64,000 bases of DNA from an uncultured Planctomycetota bacterium (GCA_963737655.1 CAVTTN010000002.1:832001-896000), one strand, 5' to 3'. Positions 1-11,829 are shown, numbered from the stretch's first letter. Translations and numbers: made by a program. The notes: generated by a model from the sequence alone, not told the origin.

Positions 1-1378
1 CGTTCGTGCTGTGAGTCCCGACGATCGCGAGATTCGCCATCCGCACCTGGCGGGCCGGGGTCTCCTCGATCAAGCTCATGCGGGCGGCCTTCCTTTCGTC
101 GCCGGGATGGGCCGCGCGGACCTCGTCCAGGAAGCGCCGGTTGATCTCGTAGATGATCTCCAACTGTCGCGGCAGGAGCGCCTCGAACAGCTCGACCGGC
201 CATTTTTCGAGGGCCTCCGGCAGCAGCGTGTGGTTGGTGTAGGCCAGGGTGCGGACGGTGAGGTCCCAGGCTTGTTCCCAGACGAGCCCGCCGCGGTCGA
301 GGAGGATGCGCATCAGCTCCGCCACGGCCATCGCGGGGTGAGTGTCGTTGAGCTGGATGGCGACCTTGTCCGCGAGCGCCGGCCAATCGTTGCCGCGGCG
401 GAGGAAGCGGGCGATGATGTCGGCCAGCGAGCAGGCGACCAGGAAATACTCCTGGACGAATCGGAGCGAACGCCCCCGGGGCGTCGAGTCGTCGGGGTAG
501 AGCACGCGGCTGACCGTCTCGGCGAGGACGCGGTCCGAGACGGCGCCGAAGAAGTCGCCGCCGCTGAATTCGCCGAAATGGAAGACGTCCGGGGTCGCGG
601 CCTGCCAGAGTCGGAGGGTGTTGACGGTCCGCCCCCCGTAGCCGACGACCGGCCGGTCGTAGGGCACGCCGAGCAGTTGCGACGACGGCCCCCGATGCAC
701 CGCGATCTCGCCGCCATGGACCTCGAACCCCGAGCCGAGGGGCACGGGCACCGTCTCGTTCGGGCGAGCGACCTCCCACGGGTCCGGGTGGCTCAGCCAG
801 TGGTCGGGCTGCTCGACCTGCGCGTTGTCGCGGATCTCCTGACGGAAGATCCCGTAGTCGTAGCGGAGGCCGTAGCCGATGGCCGGGATCGCCATCGTGG
901 CCATCGAGTCGATGAAACATGCCGCGAGCCGGCCGAGCCCGCCGTTGCCGAGGCCGGCGTCGGGCTCCTGCTCCAGGATCTCGGCGAGCTTCAACCCCCG
1001 GTCACGGCTGGCGGCATCGACCAGCGGCGAGAGCATCAGGTTGGCGATGTTATTCGCCAGAGACCGGCCGATCAGGAACTCCATCGAGAGGTAGTAGACC
1101 TGCCTGGGGTTGGCCCGGTCGTATTCCTGAGCGGTCCGCACCCAGCGCTGGGAGAGCACGTCGCGGACCGCGGAGGCGACGGCCTCGAATTGCTGGCGAG
1201 GCCCGGCGTCCTTCGGGTCCACGACGTGATCGAAGACCAGTCGGCGCTCGTACAGCGCGTCGTCCCCGCCGGTGAACTTCACCGGCCCGCATCCGTATCG
1301 AGCGGCGAGGTCGACGGGGCTGTCGGCCTCGCGGCCGTCGATCTTCGGAGCCTTGGGAGCCGCGGTTGAGCTGGTCAT
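1..1378 (-). CDS. glgP: Glycogen/starch/alpha-glucan phosphorylase (5' part; runs off the window; missed by the ORF track)
   Basis: Manual translation from ATG 1378 gives YYLSMEFLIGRSL, EPDAGLGNGGLGRLAACFIDSMAT, GYGLRYDYGIFRQ and VNTLRLW. ATGA overlap with the upstream LOG gene. Confidence 0.95.
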   Translation of the reverse strand, partial: MTSSTAAPKAPKIDGREADSPVDLAARYGCGPVKFTGGDDALYERRLVFDHVVDPKDAGPRQQFEAVASAVRDVLSQRWVRTAQEYDRANPRQVYYLSMEFLIGRSLANNIANLMLSPLVDAASRDRGLKLAEILEQEPDAGLGNGGLGRLAACFIDSMATMAIPAIGYGLRYDYGIFRQEIRDNAQVEQPDHWLSHPDPWEVARPNETVPVPLGSGFEVHGGEIAVHRGPSSQLLGVPYDRPVVGYGGRTVNTLRLWQAATPDVFHFGEFSGGDFFGAVSDRVLAETVSRVLYPDDSTPRGRSLRFVQEYFLVACSLADIIARFLRRGNDWPALADKVAIQLNDTHPAMAVAELMRILLDRGGLVWEQAWDLTVRTLAYTNHTLLPEALEKWPVELFEALLPRQLEIIYEINRRFLDEVRAAHPGDERKAARMSLIEETPARQVRMANLAIVGTHSTN

Positions 1379-2112
1379 GGCGTGACCTCCTGGTTCGCTT
1401 TCCACCGGCCGTGGTGCTCGCGCAAGACCACAAGTGCTTCGGGGCCGGACTGGCAACAAATCGGGATGGCGAAGTCCTGGGGGCTGGCGAGCGGACTCTC
1501 GGGGCGCAGCATCGACTTCCTGGCCCAATCGACCAGCTCCGCCCACATCGCACCGACCAGGATCAGCGGGGTTTCGTTCAGCTTCCGCACCTGGAGGAGC
1601 TGCCAGACCATCGTCATCTCCAGAATCGTGCCGATGCCCCCCGGCACGACGACGAAGGCGTCGGAGACGAGCACGAAGTGGTGCAATCGCGAGAAAAACG
1701 TCTTGTGCTCGAACGCTTGAAGGACGAAGGGGTTCACGTCCTGCTCGAACGGGAGCTCGACGCGGATGCCGACGGACGCACTTCCCGGGCCGGCCCCGGC
1801 CAGGCGGGCCCCCTCGTTCGCCGCTTGCATCAGGCCGGGCCCGCCACCCGTGACGATGTCGCAGCCAAGGCGCGTCAACTCCGCGGCCAGGTCGCGGACG
1901 GCCGCGTAGGCCCAGTGGTCGGGCTGAATTCGGGCCGACCCGAAGATCGTCACGCGGTAGCGTTCCCGGCGGGTCGGCCGGAGGCGAGTCAGGTTGTTGA
2001 CGACGTCCCACAGGCCGAGCACGGCCTGCGAGAGGACCTGAACCGTCGATTCCTCGTCGTCGAGCCGGACGTACCCGGAAGGCCCGCCGGAACCCTCGTG
2101 GTCGCTCGCCAT
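1375..2112 (-). CDS. LOG family (Rossmann-fold nucleotide phosphoribohydrolase) protein
   Basis: VTIFGSAR, TGGGPGLMQAANEGA, FFSRLHHF and PGGIGTILE motifs. Confidence 0.9.
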   Translation of the reverse strand: MASDHEGSGGPSGYVRLDDEESTVQVLSQAVLGLWDVVNNLTRLRPTRRERYRVTIFGSARIQPDHWAYAAVRDLAAELTRLGCDIVTGGGPGLMQAANEGARLAGAGPGSASVGIRVELPFEQDVNPFVLQAFEHKTFFSRLHHFVLVSDAFVVVPGGIGTILEMTMVWQLLQVRKLNETPLILVGAMWAELVDWARKSMLRPESPLASPQDFAIPICCQSGPEALVVLREHHGRWKANQEVTP

Positions 2113-2113
2113 C

Positions 2114-4252
2114 TCATCCCCTCGGTTGATGCGTGTTCGGATTCGCCCCCGATGTCGCGACCTCGTACAACATCACGACGGACCGAGCCTCGGCCCGATA
2201 GCTTCGGCCGGGTGCGGGAGGCGCCTCCTGCCAGGGGACGATGTCGTGCGGAGAGTCGAGCGCGGTGTCGAACCATCGCCGCCAGCACCGGCCCTCGCCG
2301 AGTTCCGGCAGCTCGAATTCGAGCGGCTGCCAGTAGGCATTCAGGATGACGTGGAGGCTCAGCCCTTCCTCGCGAAGCTCCGCGGTCAGGGCGAGGCAAT
2401 GCGACGAGTCGCCCCAATCCGGCTCGTTCAGCTTCACGCCGTGCCAGGCCCGTTTCGACTCTCGCAGGAGCGTGTCGAGACTCGTGCGCCGCAGCTCGGG
2501 CTCCACGTTGCGCAGGGTCCGCCGCGCGGCCAGGAGGCGAACGAAACGATAAACGTCGGCGTGCTTCTCTAGGAGAGTCCAGTCGAACCAGGTGGAGGGG
2601 TCGTCGTGGCAATAGCCGTTATTGTTGCCGTGTTGCGTGCGCCGGACCTCGTCTCCCATGAGGATCATGGGCAGGCCCAGCGACATGAGCGTGACCGCCA
2701 GATGATTCTTCACCTGGCGGTTGCGCAATCGCTCGATCGCGGGGTCGTCGGTCGGTCCCTCGACTCCGCAGTTCCAGCTCCGGTTGTCGTTGGCGCCGTC
2801 GCGGTTGGCCTCGCCATTGGCCTCGTTGTGCTTGCCGTTGTAAGAAACGAGGTCGTTGAGCGTGAAGCCGTCGTGGCAGGTGACGAAGTTGACGCTCTGC
2901 TCGGCCTCGCGCCGCTTGTGCCCGTAGAGTTCGGGGCTGCCGACCAGGCGGTCCGCCACGCGGCGCACCGAGCCGTTCTCGCCGCGGAAGAAGTCGCGGA
3001 CGTCGTCGCGGAATCGGCCGTTCCACTCCTTCCAGGCGTCTCCCACGAAGCTCCCGACCTGGTAGAGTCCGGCCGCGTCCCACGCCTCGGCGAGCAGCTT
3101 CGTGCCGGCCAGGGCGGGGTCCGACTCGATGTCCCAGAGCACGGGCGGGTTCGGCAGCGGTTGGCCCGCGGCGTCGCGGGACAGGATCGACGCGAGGTCG
3201 AACCGGAAGCCGTCGACGTGCATCTCCTCGACCCAGTAGCGCAGGCTATCGACGATCATGCGGCGGACGATCGGCTGATTCGCGTTGAGCGTATTTCCGC
3301 AGCCCGTGTAGTCGGCATACCGCGAGCCGTCCCGTTCGAGGATGTAGTACGTCGGGTTGTCGATCCCGCGAAAGCTGACGGTCGGCCCGGTGTGGTCGCC
3401 CTCGGCGGTGTGGTTGAACACGACGTCGAGGATGACCTCGATGCCGGCCCGATGGAGGGCCTTGACCATGTCTCGGAATTCGTCCGCGGGGCCGATCGCG
3501 TCGCGTCGCGAGCTATAGGCCGGGTGGGGGGCGAAGAACGAGACCGGCTGGTAGCCCCAGTAATTCACCAGCCCCGCCGGGCACGCCTGCGGGTCGAAGG
3601 CGAAGACCGGGAGCAGTTCCACGGCGGTGATGCCCAGTTCGCGAAGGTAGGGGATCTTCTCGATCAGGCCGGCGAAGGTGCCTCGCGTCCTCTCTCCGAC
3701 CCCGGAGCTCGGATCACGCGTGAACCCGCGGACGTGCATCTCGTAGATGATGGTGCGCGAGGAGGGCAGGCCGAGCGGAAGGTCTCCCTCCCAGTCGTAG
3801 GCGTCCGGGTCGATGACGACGCTCTTCATCGCGGTCGCGGCGTTGTCTCCTTCCCGCCTGGCGGCCTGGTGATCGTAGGCCCTGGGGACGACCACGCCGC
3901 GCCCGTAGGGATCGAGCAGCAGCTTGCTGGGATCGAATCGCAGGCCAGGCGACGGTTCCGCCGGCCCTTCGACCCGGTAGCCGTAGAGCTGTCCCGGCGA
4001 TACCCGCGGCACGAACGTATGCCAGTAGTGGTACGTGCGGTTGGTCGCCGGATCGAGCCGAACGACTCGCGATGGCGCGGCGTCATCGTCCCGATCGAAG
4101 AACGCGAGCTCGACGCCGGTCGCGGTCCGGGAGAACACGCTGAAATTCACGCCCCCCTCGACGACGGTGGCACCGAGGGGCGAGCCCCGGCCGATGCCTG
4201 GGTCGGCGTTCGTCGCTCGGGCGGTCCGGCCGATGCTCCTGGCGATGGTCAC
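2114..4252 (-). CDS. glgX: Glycogen debranching enzyme (GH13)
   Basis: PLGAT, IYEMHVRGFT, NYWGYQP, VILDVVFNHTAEG, DGFRFDLAS, NFVTCHDGFTLNDLVSY and SWNCGVEG. Confidence 0.96.
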   Translation of the reverse strand: MTIARSIGRTARATNADPGIGRGSPLGATVVEGGVNFSVFSRTATGVELAFFDRDDDAAPSRVVRLDPATNRTYHYWHTFVPRVSPGQLYGYRVEGPAEPSPGLRFDPSKLLLDPYGRGVVVPRAYDHQAARREGDNAATAMKSVVIDPDAYDWEGDLPLGLPSSRTIIYEMHVRGFTRDPSSGVGERTRGTFAGLIEKIPYLRELGITAVELLPVFAFDPQACPAGLVNYWGYQPVSFFAPHPAYSSRRDAIGPADEFRDMVKALHRAGIEVILDVVFNHTAEGDHTGPTVSFRGIDNPTYYILERDGSRYADYTGCGNTLNANQPIVRRMIVDSLRYWVEEMHVDGFRFDLASILSRDAAGQPLPNPPVLWDIESDPALAGTKLLAEAWDAAGLYQVGSFVGDAWKEWNGRFRDDVRDFFRGENGSVRRVADRLVGSPELYGHKRREAEQSVNFVTCHDGFTLNDLVSYNGKHNEANGEANRDGANDNRSWNCGVEGPTDDPAIERLRNRQVKNHLAVTLMSLGLPMILMGDEVRRTQHGNNNGYCHDDPSTWFDWTLLEKHADVYRFVRLLAARRTLRNVEPELRRTSLDTLLRESKRAWHGVKLNEPDWGDSSHCLALTAELREEGLSLHVILNAYWQPLEFELPELGEGRCWRRWFDTALDSPHDIVPWQEAPPAPGRSYRAEARSVVMLYEVATSGANPNTHQPRG

Positions 4253-4330
4253 GATGGCCTCGTTCTCTTCTCGAACCCGTCTTGAGGAGGCGCATTCGAC
4301 TCGACCGAGCCGAGCCGAGCCGATCCCGAA

Positions 4331-4930
4331 TCACTCTCGCGGTTGGACGATGTGATTCCAGAGGGCGACGATCGGCTCGTCGCGATTCTTGTGCTCGTAG
4401 CCCAGCACCCCGACGCTGGCGGGCCGGCAGTAGAAGAACCGCCCGGCGGCCGGCGGCAGGCCGAGCCATCGGGCGGCGATCATGCGGATGATATGCCCGC
4501 TCGAGAACGCCAGCACGTTCCCTTCGATGCGTCGGGTTCGAACGATGAAGTCGTCGGCCCGGGCGGCGACGTCCCCCGGCGATTCGCCGTCGGGGCAACC
4601 GTCGCGGAACAGCTCCCAACCGGGCTGCTGCTTCACGATCTGCCTCGTCAGCATCCCCTCGAACCGGCCGTAGTCCCACTCGACGAGGTCCGGATCGACC
4701 TCCGCGACCGCCCCGAAGCCGGCGAGCTCGCACGTCTTCGAGGCGCGCTGCAGGGGGCTTGTGAAGACCCGGGCGAAGGAGTATTTCCGCAGGCGCTCGC
4801 CGAGCTGGCGTGCGCGTTCCTCTCCGGCCGCGTTCAGCGGGATGTCGGTGCGGCCCGTGCGTTGATGGGAGTCGGTCCAGGCCGTGTCGCCATGCCTCGC
4901 GAGGAACAGTTTCGGCATCTCGGTTGGCAT
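4331..4930 (-). CDS. Histidine phosphatase (phosphoglycerate mutase-like) family protein
   Basis: LARHGDT, TSPLQRA, EWDYG and SSGH. The likely start is MPTEMPK; the longer ORF-track call is a shadow of xfp. Confidence 0.9.
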   Translation of the reverse strand: MPTEMPKLFLARHGDTAWTDSHQRTGRTDIPLNAAGEERARQLGERLRKYSFARVFTSPLQRASKTCELAGFGAVAEVDPDLVEWDYGRFEGMLTRQIVKQQPGWELFRDGCPDGESPGDVAARADDFIVRTRRIEGNVLAFSSGHIIRMIAARWLGLPPAAGRFFYCRPASVGVLGYEHKNRDEPIVALWNHIVQPRE

Positions 4931-4995
4931 GGGATCTCCCCGGGTTACGGCCCCCGACACGGCGAAACGCTCCACCGGCCGGGGGCCCCTGGCTC

Positions 4996-7479
4996 CTAGA
5001 CGTTGTCCCCTTCGGTGGAGGTCGAGGCCGAGGCCGAGCGCTCCGGGCCCTTCAGCCCCCACTTCCAGCCGCTGATCTCCGGCATGTCGTCGCCGTGCTT
5101 CGCGATGTATTCCTTGTGCTCGATCAGCTTCTCGTTGATCGCCTGCTTGAAGTAGGCGGCCCGCGAGCCTAGCTGGGGCAGCCGGTCGATCACGTCGCCC
5201 GCCAGGTGGAATCGGTCGAGGTCGTTCATGACCACCATGTCGAACGGCGTGGAGGTGGTCCCCTCCTCCTTGTAGCCGCGGACGTGCAGGTTCCGGTGGT
5301 TGGTCCGGCGGTAGGTCAGGCGGTGGATCAGCCACGGGTAGCCGTGGAAGGCGAAGATGACGGGCTTGTCCTTCGTGAACAGGGCGTCGAAGTCCGCGTC
5401 CGGGAGCCCGTGCGGGTGCTCGCTCTGCGGCTGGAGCTTCATCAGGTTCACGACATTGATCACGCGGACCTTCAGCTCCGGGATGTTCCTTCGCAGCATC
5501 TCGACCGCCGCCAGGGTCTCCAGCGTCGGCACGTCGCCGCAGCAGGCCATGACCACGTCGGGCTCGCCGCCCTTGTCGTTGCTGGCCCACTCCCAGATGC
5601 CCAGGCCCTGGGTGCAGTGCTTGATCGCCTGGTCCATCGTCAGCCACTGAGGCGCGGGCTGCTTGCCGGCGACGACCACGTTGACATAGTTGCGGCTTCG
5701 CAAGCAGTGGTCCGTGACCGAGAGCAGGCAGTTGGCGTCGGGCGGCAGGTAGACGCGGACCACCGAGGCCTTCTTGTTGATCACGTGGTCGAGGAACCCC
5801 GGGTCCTGGTGGCTGAACCCGTTGTGATCCTGCCGCCAGACGTGCGAGCTGAGGAAGTAGTTGAACGACGCGATCGGCCGTCGCCAGGGGATCTCGTTGC
5901 AGACCTTCAGCCACTTGGCGTGCTGGTTGAACATCGAGTCGATGATGTGGATGAACGCCTCGTAGCACGAGAAGAACCCGTGGCGTCCGGTGAGCGTGTA
6001 GGCCTCCAGCCAGCCCTGGCACTGGTGCTCGCTGAGGACCTCCATGACGCGGCCATCGGGGCTGAGATGGTCGTCCTCCGGGAGGATCTCGGCCATGTAG
6101 CAGCGGTCGGTGACCTCCAGCACGTCCTGCCAGCGGTTCGAGTTGTTCTCGTCCGGGCTGAACAGGCGGAAATTCTTGCTCTCCAGGTTGAGCTTCATGA
6201 CGTCCCGGAGGAACCGGCCCATCTCCCGGGCCGACTCGACCATGGGCTGCCCCGGGGCGGGGACGTCCACGGCGTAATCGCGGAAATCGGGCAGCCTCAG
6301 GTCGCGGAGCAGCAGGCCGCCGTTGGCGTGCGGGTTGTCGCTCATCCGGCGCTTCCCCTGCGGCGGCAGCTCGGCCAGCTCGGGGACGAGCCGACCGCCC
6401 GCGTCGAACAGCTCCTCGGGCCGATAGCTCTTCATCCAGCCTTCGAGGATCCGGATGTGCTCAAGCTTGTCCATCTCGCCCATCGGGACCTGGTGGCTCC
6501 GCCAGTAGCCCTCGCACTTCTTGCCGTCGATCTCGGCGGGGCAGGTCCAGCCCTTCGGCGTGCGGAAGACGATCATCGGCCACGCCGGCCGGGTGGTCAC
6601 CCCCCCGTTGCGGGCGTCGTCCCAAATCTGATGGATCTCGGCCACGACGGCGTCGAGCACGCTGGCGAGTTTCGGGTGGACCTCGGCGGGATCATCCCCC
6701 TCCACGAAATACGGCTTGTAGCCCATCCCCTCGAAGAACTTCTGGAGCTCCTCGTGGGGGATGCGGGCGAGGAAGCAGGGGTTGGCGATCTTGTAGCCGT
6801 TGAGGTGGAGGATCGGCAAAACGGCGCCGTCCCTCGCCGGGTTCAGGAACTTGTTCCCGTGCCATCCGGTGGCCAGGGCGCCGGTCTCCGCCTCGCCGTC
6901 GCCGACGACGCAGGCGACGATCAGGTCCGGGTTGTCGAACGCGGCGCCGAAGGCGTGGCTCAGGGCGTAGCCCAGCTCGCCGCCCTCGTGGATGCTGCCC
7001 GGCGTCTCCGGCGCGACGTGGCTGGGGATGCCCCCGGGGAAGCTGAACTGCTTGAACAGCTTCTGCATCCCCTCGGCATCCCGGCTGATCTCCGGGTAGA
7101 CCTCGCTGTAGGTCCCCTCGAGGTAGGCGTGGGCGACGAGCGAGGGCCCGCCGTGGCCCGGCCCGATGATGTAAATCATGTCCAGGTCATCGCGCTTGAT
7201 GACCCGGTTCAGGTGCGTGCAGAGCATGTTCAGCCCCGGCGACGTGCCCCAGTGGCCGAGCAGCCGCGGCTTGATGTGCTCCCGCTTCAGGGGCTCGCGA
7301 AGGAGCGGGTTGTCGAGCAGGTAGATCTGGCCGACGGCGAGGTAGTTGAGGGCGCGCCAGTAGGCGTCGAGCTTCCGAAGCTCGTCCGGCGAGAGCGGGG
7401 CGTCCGCATCCTTGCCGCGCGAATCGCGCGAGGGTCGGGATGCCCCGGGTCTCACTGGCGTCGGCATGGTCGCGTCCAT
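4996..7479 (-). CDS. xfp: Xylulose-5-P/fructose-6-P phosphoketolase
   Basis: [48 protein letters not shown] and [15 protein letters not shown]. Start is approximate. Confidence 0.96.
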   Translation of the reverse strand: MDATMPTPVRPGASRPSRDSRGKDADAPLSPDELRKLDAYWRALNYLAVGQIYLLDNPLLREPLKREHIKPRLLGHWGTSPGLNMLCTHLNRVIKRDDLDMIYIIGPGHGGPSLVAHAYLEGTYSEVYPEISRDAEGMQKLFKQFSFPGGIPSHVAPETPGSIHEGGELGYALSHAFGAAFDNPDLIVACVVGDGEAETGALATGWHGNKFLNPARDGAVLPILHLNGYKIANPCFLARIPHEELQKFFEGMGYKPYFVEGDDPAEVHPKLASVLDAVVAEIHQIWDDARNGGVTTRPAWPMIVFRTPKGWTCPAEIDGKKCEGYWRSHQVPMGEMDKLEHIRILEGWMKSYRPEELFDAGGRLVPELAELPPQGKRRMSDNPHANGGLLLRDLRLPDFRDYAVDVPAPGQPMVESAREMGRFLRDVMKLNLESKNFRLFSPDENNSNRWQDVLEVTDRCYMAEILPEDDHLSPDGRVMEVLSEHQCQGWLEAYTLTGRHGFFSCYEAFIHIIDSMFNQHAKWLKVCNEIPWRRPIASFNYFLSSHVWRQDHNGFSHQDPGFLDHVINKKASVVRVYLPPDANCLLSVTDHCLRSRNYVNVVVAGKQPAPQWLTMDQAIKHCTQGLGIWEWASNDKGGEPDVVMACCGDVPTLETLAAVEMLRRNIPELKVRVINVVNLMKLQPQSEHPHGLPDADFDALFTKDKPVIFAFHGYPWLIHRLTYRRTNHRNLHVRGYKEEGTTSTPFDMVVMNDLDRFHLAGDVIDRLPQLGSRAAYFKQAINEKLIEHKEYIAKHGDDMPEISGWKWGLKGPERSASASTSTEGDNV

Positions 7480-7520
7480 CGGTCGGCTCCGTAACGGGGC
7501 TGGCTCGGTCGGTGTTGGGC

Positions 7521-8774
7521 TTACGGCGAGGGGACGCCGAGGCGAATCGTCGCCCTGGCGATCATGACTTCCTCGTCGGTCGGGATCACGCGGACGCGGG
7601 TCGGGCACGCATCGGTCGAGATCCGCGGCCCGCCGGCCGCGTTGCGGTCGACGTCGAGGGCGATCCCGAGGAATTCGAGCCCTTCGCAGACGCGGCGGCG
7701 GACCTCGGGCGAATTCTCGCCGACACCGCCGGAGAAGACGAGCGAGTCCAGGCCGCCGAGGGCGGCGGCCAGGGCGCCGATCCCCTTCTTCACGCTGTAG
7801 CAAAACACGTCGATGGCCTCGGCCGCGCGGGCGTCCGCCTCGCGCCGGGCCAGGAGGTCGCGCAGGTCGGAACTCGTCTCGGAGACGCCCAGGAGGCCGG
7901 ACTCCTGGGAGGCCATCCGGTGGAACCCCTCGGGCGTCATCCCCTCGGCGTGGGCGAGGAACGCGACGAGGCCGGGGTCGACGTCGCCGGAGCGCGTCCC
8001 CATGACGACGCCGGAGGCGGGGGTGAACCCCATCGTCGTCTCCAGGCACCGGCCCTCGCGCACGGCGGCCAGGCTCGCACCCGACCCGAGATGGGCCAGG
8101 ACGACCCGGCCTCGGGCCTCCTCCGGACCCGCGATCCGGGCCAGCTCCTCCATGAGGAAGGCGTAGGAGAGCCCGTGAAACCCGTACCGCCGGACACCGA
8201 GGCCCCAGTACTTCCGCGGGATGGGCACGATCTGCGCGGGCCTCGGCAGGTCGCGGTGGAACGCGGTGTCGAAGCAGGCGACTTGGGGGATCGCGGGGAG
8301 GGCCTCGCGCATCGCCTCGATCAGCGCGATCTCCCCCGGGAGATGCTCCGGGTCGAGCGGACTGAGGCCACGCAGAACGTCGATCTCCGCCGCCGAGACG
8401 ATCGCCGGCTCGACGAATCGGCCGCCCCCGTGGACGATGCGGTGCCCGACGGCCGCGATCGCATCGAGCCCCGGCGATCGCCCGACCCGCTCGATCACCA
8501 GGCCGGCCGCCGCAGCCTGGTCCGGCGCCTCGACCAGGCGGTCTTCCCGCTTGATCCCGTCGGGATCGACGACGATCAGCCGCGATCCCGAGCGCCCGAC
8601 CCGCTCGACGCAGCCGGAGAAGACGCGGGCGATGGGATCGACCTCGAAAACTGCGAACTTGAGGCTGGAGGAGCCGCCATTGATGGTGAGGATGAACGGC
8701 CCAGGCTTCCCCTCGGCCTGGAGCCGGCCGCCCGCGGATCCGCCAAGGTGCGTCATCCCGTCCGAAGTGTTCAT
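7521..8774 (-). CDS. ackA: Acetate/propionate kinase
   Basis: [55 protein letters not shown] and IPTDEE. Confidence 0.95.
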   Translation of the reverse strand: MNTSDGMTHLGGSAGGRLQAEGKPGPFILTINGGSSSLKFAVFEVDPIARVFSGCVERVGRSGSRLIVVDPDGIKREDRLVEAPDQAAAAGLVIERVGRSPGLDAIAAVGHRIVHGGGRFVEPAIVSAAEIDVLRGLSPLDPEHLPGEIALIEAMREALPAIPQVACFDTAFHRDLPRPAQIVPIPRKYWGLGVRRYGFHGLSYAFLMEELARIAGPEEARGRVVLAHLGSGASLAAVREGRCLETTMGFTPASGVVMGTRSGDVDPGLVAFLAHAEGMTPEGFHRMASQESGLLGVSETSSDLRDLLARREADARAAEAIDVFCYSVKKGIGALAAALGGLDSLVFSGGVGENSPEVRRRVCEGLEFLGIALDVDRNAAGGPRISTDACPTRVRVIPTDEEVMIARATIRLGVPSP

Positions 8775-9046
8775 GAAGTCCGCCCATTCCGCATCGCGAA
8801 CTCGCGACGCGTGTCCTCGCCGATGGAGGAGTGGGCCGTCCCGCCGTGGTCGAGATGGGCCGGCGCGAAAGAATTCGGGACCGTGATGCCGAGGGAGACG
8901 TGCGCGAAGTCGATGCTGCGATCGTCGAACCACTTCGACACGGCCGCCTCGTCGAAGGCGTCCTGGAAGGCCCGGGCCTGCCCGCGCTCCTCCGCGATGA
9001 CGGCTCCCCGCCGACTCGCAAGGTCGCTCGACTCGGCAGCACTCAT
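8771..9046 (-). CDS. Small hypothetical protein (~91 aa)
   Basis: Stop overlaps the ackA start (ATGA) and codon usage is plausible; no recognisable motif. Confidence 0.5.
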   Translation of the reverse strand: MSAAESSDLASRRGAVIAEERGQARAFQDAFDEAAVSKWFDDRSIDFAHVSLGITVPNSFAPAHLDHGGTAHSSIGEDTRREFAMRNGRTS

Positions 9047-9877
9047 CGTGGCGACTCCACAGGTGTCCTTCAAGATTCGTTCATTCCGCGTCCTGTTCCC
9101 GTCGACGGCGTCGGCGATTTCTCAATGCCCAAATCATTTTTCATGATCAGCGATCGCCCGGATCGATTCGAGGCTGATGCGCCGGCCAAGCCCTGGACGC
9201 ACGTCGGGCTCGCCTCGACCTCGTTCGGCCCGCTTTGACAATGGGTGCCCGGGAAATGGAAACGACCCAAATCGCGACGTGAACCGGGGCACGCCATCCT
9301 CGCCGAGTCCGCGCGTCCGTCGGGGATGAGGTGTCGCGCTCGCTAGTAAATCCTAGAGTGAATGCTGAAGTCAAGGTTGAACTTTTTGAAAATCCATATC
9401 TCTCCAAAAAGCCAATGGCAACTCGTCCCGACGGCGGCGAGACGCTCGCCATCGTGTAGCCGAAGAAGCGACACCGCATTTGAAGCCCGGCGCCCCGGTT
9501 GCCCTCGCGATCCGATTGCGACGTCTCTCCCGGTGAGAAATACTTTTCCTGGATACTTATTCATCAAATCTCCGCCCGTAGACTCGGGGCGGTCGCGGCG
9601 GCCGGTTGCCACAGCCGTCCGCAGACACGACAGGGGCGCGGCCAGGCGACCTCTCGGCCATGTCGCGTCAAGTTTAGTAGGCCCAGATGCTAGACAAGCG
9701 AGCAGTAGCTCGTCATGGCAGCGGATTGAATGAAATCAAGCAAAGTTGAAGCTGGCTTCGGGTCGAGAAATGAGACGTATTCCCAGGATCTCGGGACAGC
9801 CGACGCCCGCCGATGGTTCCGAATCGACCCACGGGCTCCGGCCGGATGCTCGAACTCTATCGATGTGGGGCAAGTCC

Positions 9878-10986
9878 ATGGCAGGATGCCAGACTCACCG
9901 ACTGCGAGCCGGCGGTGTCGTCGCTGCGCTCTGCGTCGCTTCCTCGCTGTACGCGGATCTCGCCCTGGCGCAATCCCCGGCACCGCCGTCCGCGACGCCA
10001 GGCCGAAACCTCGCCGAAGTCGCCGAGGGCGAAGATGCCCCGCCGGCAGGCCTCGCGGTGACGCCCGTGCCCCGTCCCATGGTCGATCCCGGTCCGGCGC
10101 CGGCGGCACCCCGGGTCGAGCTCGGCCACCTCGAGACGATCGCCGAGTCGCTCTTCGGCCATCCCCCCGCGAACTCCTGGCGGCCCCTGCCGCTCTCGAC
10201 GTTCTTCAGCGAGGGCTGGAACGAAGCGTGGGTGCCGTCGCCCAACGGCTCCGGAGGCGCTCCCCGTCAGGGCTGGATCAACGCCATGGACGGCAACCTG
10301 TACCGCCTGTCGTTCGTTTCGTTCGGCCAGGCGTTCAACAGTCCGCCGAAGGGCAATGCCTACTTCGGTTCCTACACGATCTTGGCACCGCTAAACCGCC
10401 GCCTCGAGCTGATCGTGAATGTCCCTTTCGTAGTCCGGAACAATGTCGTCAGCGGCTTGCCGATCCTGAGCCCAAACAATTCGATGCCGCCGACGTCGAG
10501 CCACTCGGGATTCGGCGACATGTCGTTCACGCCGCGGTTCTTGCTCCACGAGACGAAGGACTTCTCCCTGACCACGGAACTCGCGGTGGTGACCCCGACC
10601 GGCAATCCACCCATCGCGGGGAAGACGACCACCCTGGTCCCCGCCTTCGGCTTCTGGACTAACCCCGGGGGCGGTTGGGTGGTCCGGGGGGACTCGGTCT
10701 CGCGATCCCGACGAACGGCAGTGGGGATACCTTGATCAGCCAGCTCGCCGTCGGGAACACCTTCACGGAGCATGACGTGCCGCTGTTCGGAGACTTCACC
10801 GTCTACATGTCGACCGTGGCGAACAGCTCGCTGAACAACGGGGGTCACACGGGCGTGACCCTCACCCCGGGGATGAGGACCCACCTCGGAAACGACTGGT
10901 ATTTCCTGGCCGGTCTGCCCGTACCGTTGACCAACCAACGAGTCGGCGACCTCGGCATGATCTTCTGGTTCATGAAGGCGTGGTGA
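9878..10986 (+). CDS. Putative outer-membrane beta-barrel/transporter, split by a frameshift in the G6 run at 10686-10691
   Basis: Signal peptide, then a Pro-rich linker and alternating amphipathic strands (SGFGDMSFTPRFLL, VTLTPGMR). Ends in aromatic ...WFMKAW. Adding one G joins GGWVVRG to GLGLAIPT. Confidence 0.65.
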
Positions 10987-11348
10987 GTCCGGAGGGGCGG
11001 CTCGACCGACCGAGTCCTTACGCCTCGAAGCCGCCCGGCCCCGGAACCGGGACAGGATCTCCTGCGCCGGCCGGTTGATTTCCTTCGGTGGCCTCCGTCG
11101 GCATGGGGCTGTCCGAGAGATTATTAACTCGGATTCGCCAGGCCCCCGACGGACGTGTTCCAGGCGATCCGTGCTCCTGAACAGAGCGGTGAAGATCGCC
11201 GAATCGGCGGAGACGGCCGGGGGACGCGATTCCGGGACCAGGTTCGACCGGTCGGGTTCGTCGCTCCCGCCGCCATGTCCATCGCCGCAAATCCCACGTC
11301 CCCGAGCCTGCCCGATGCGGAGTGGGCGGATCCGTCCCCGAGTCGCAA

Positions 11349-11559
11349 TTAGATTGGCAAGCCGATCATGTACAGGTAATGGCCGGGGACCGATTCGAGT
11401 TCCGCATCCTCGGCGGGCTGAAAGGGCTCGCGCTGCTCCCAGGCATTCTCGCCGGGCGGGATGATCCAGAATTGGCCCTCGCGGTCTCTCACGATCCAGC
11501 GCCTCCGGTCGCCCCCTGTCCACATAGAGGCTCATGACCGGCTTCCTGATGGTGAGCAT
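11349..11559 (-). CDS. Small hypothetical protein (~69 aa) with one frameshift; not called by the ORF track
   Basis: MLTIRKPVMSLYVDRG / DRRRWIVRDREGQFWIIPPGENAWEQREPFQPAEDAELESVPGHYLYMIGLPI*. Span is 211 nt (3n+1), with the shift at the C5 run 11512-11516. Confidence 0.65.
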
Positions 11560-11829
11560 GAGGTTCTCGCTCCTTTCTCTCCTGGTTCGGCTCCGCCTCA
11601 ACGATCGGGCTAGTCTGTCATCGCGATCGGGCGGCGTAAAGGGACATTTGCGGGGGTGGTCCCCGACCCGACCCCGAGGCGAGACGGGAATCCGCCGAGA
11701 CCGACGTCCCGATTGGAACAATGATCCCGGATTCCGGCATTGCATCGCCCCGGGCGTGTTATGCTGGAACGAGTCAATTTCACATCTTCGGGGCGGCCCC
11801 CACCGGCGTCGCCGCAGGCGGCTAAACCC

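Noticed and set aside
4996..9042. 1348-aa ORF suggesting a giant Xfp fusion
   Set aside because: The extension is an Arg/Gly/Pro-rich off-frame reading of ackA.
9070..9750. Possible riboswitch/ncRNA or small ORF (9343-9564, minus strand) in the lower-GC divergent region
   Set aside because: Only a weak GTGCCC..GGGCAC stem and no recognisable consensus; the ORF has atypical composition. Would need an Rfam/cmsearch run.
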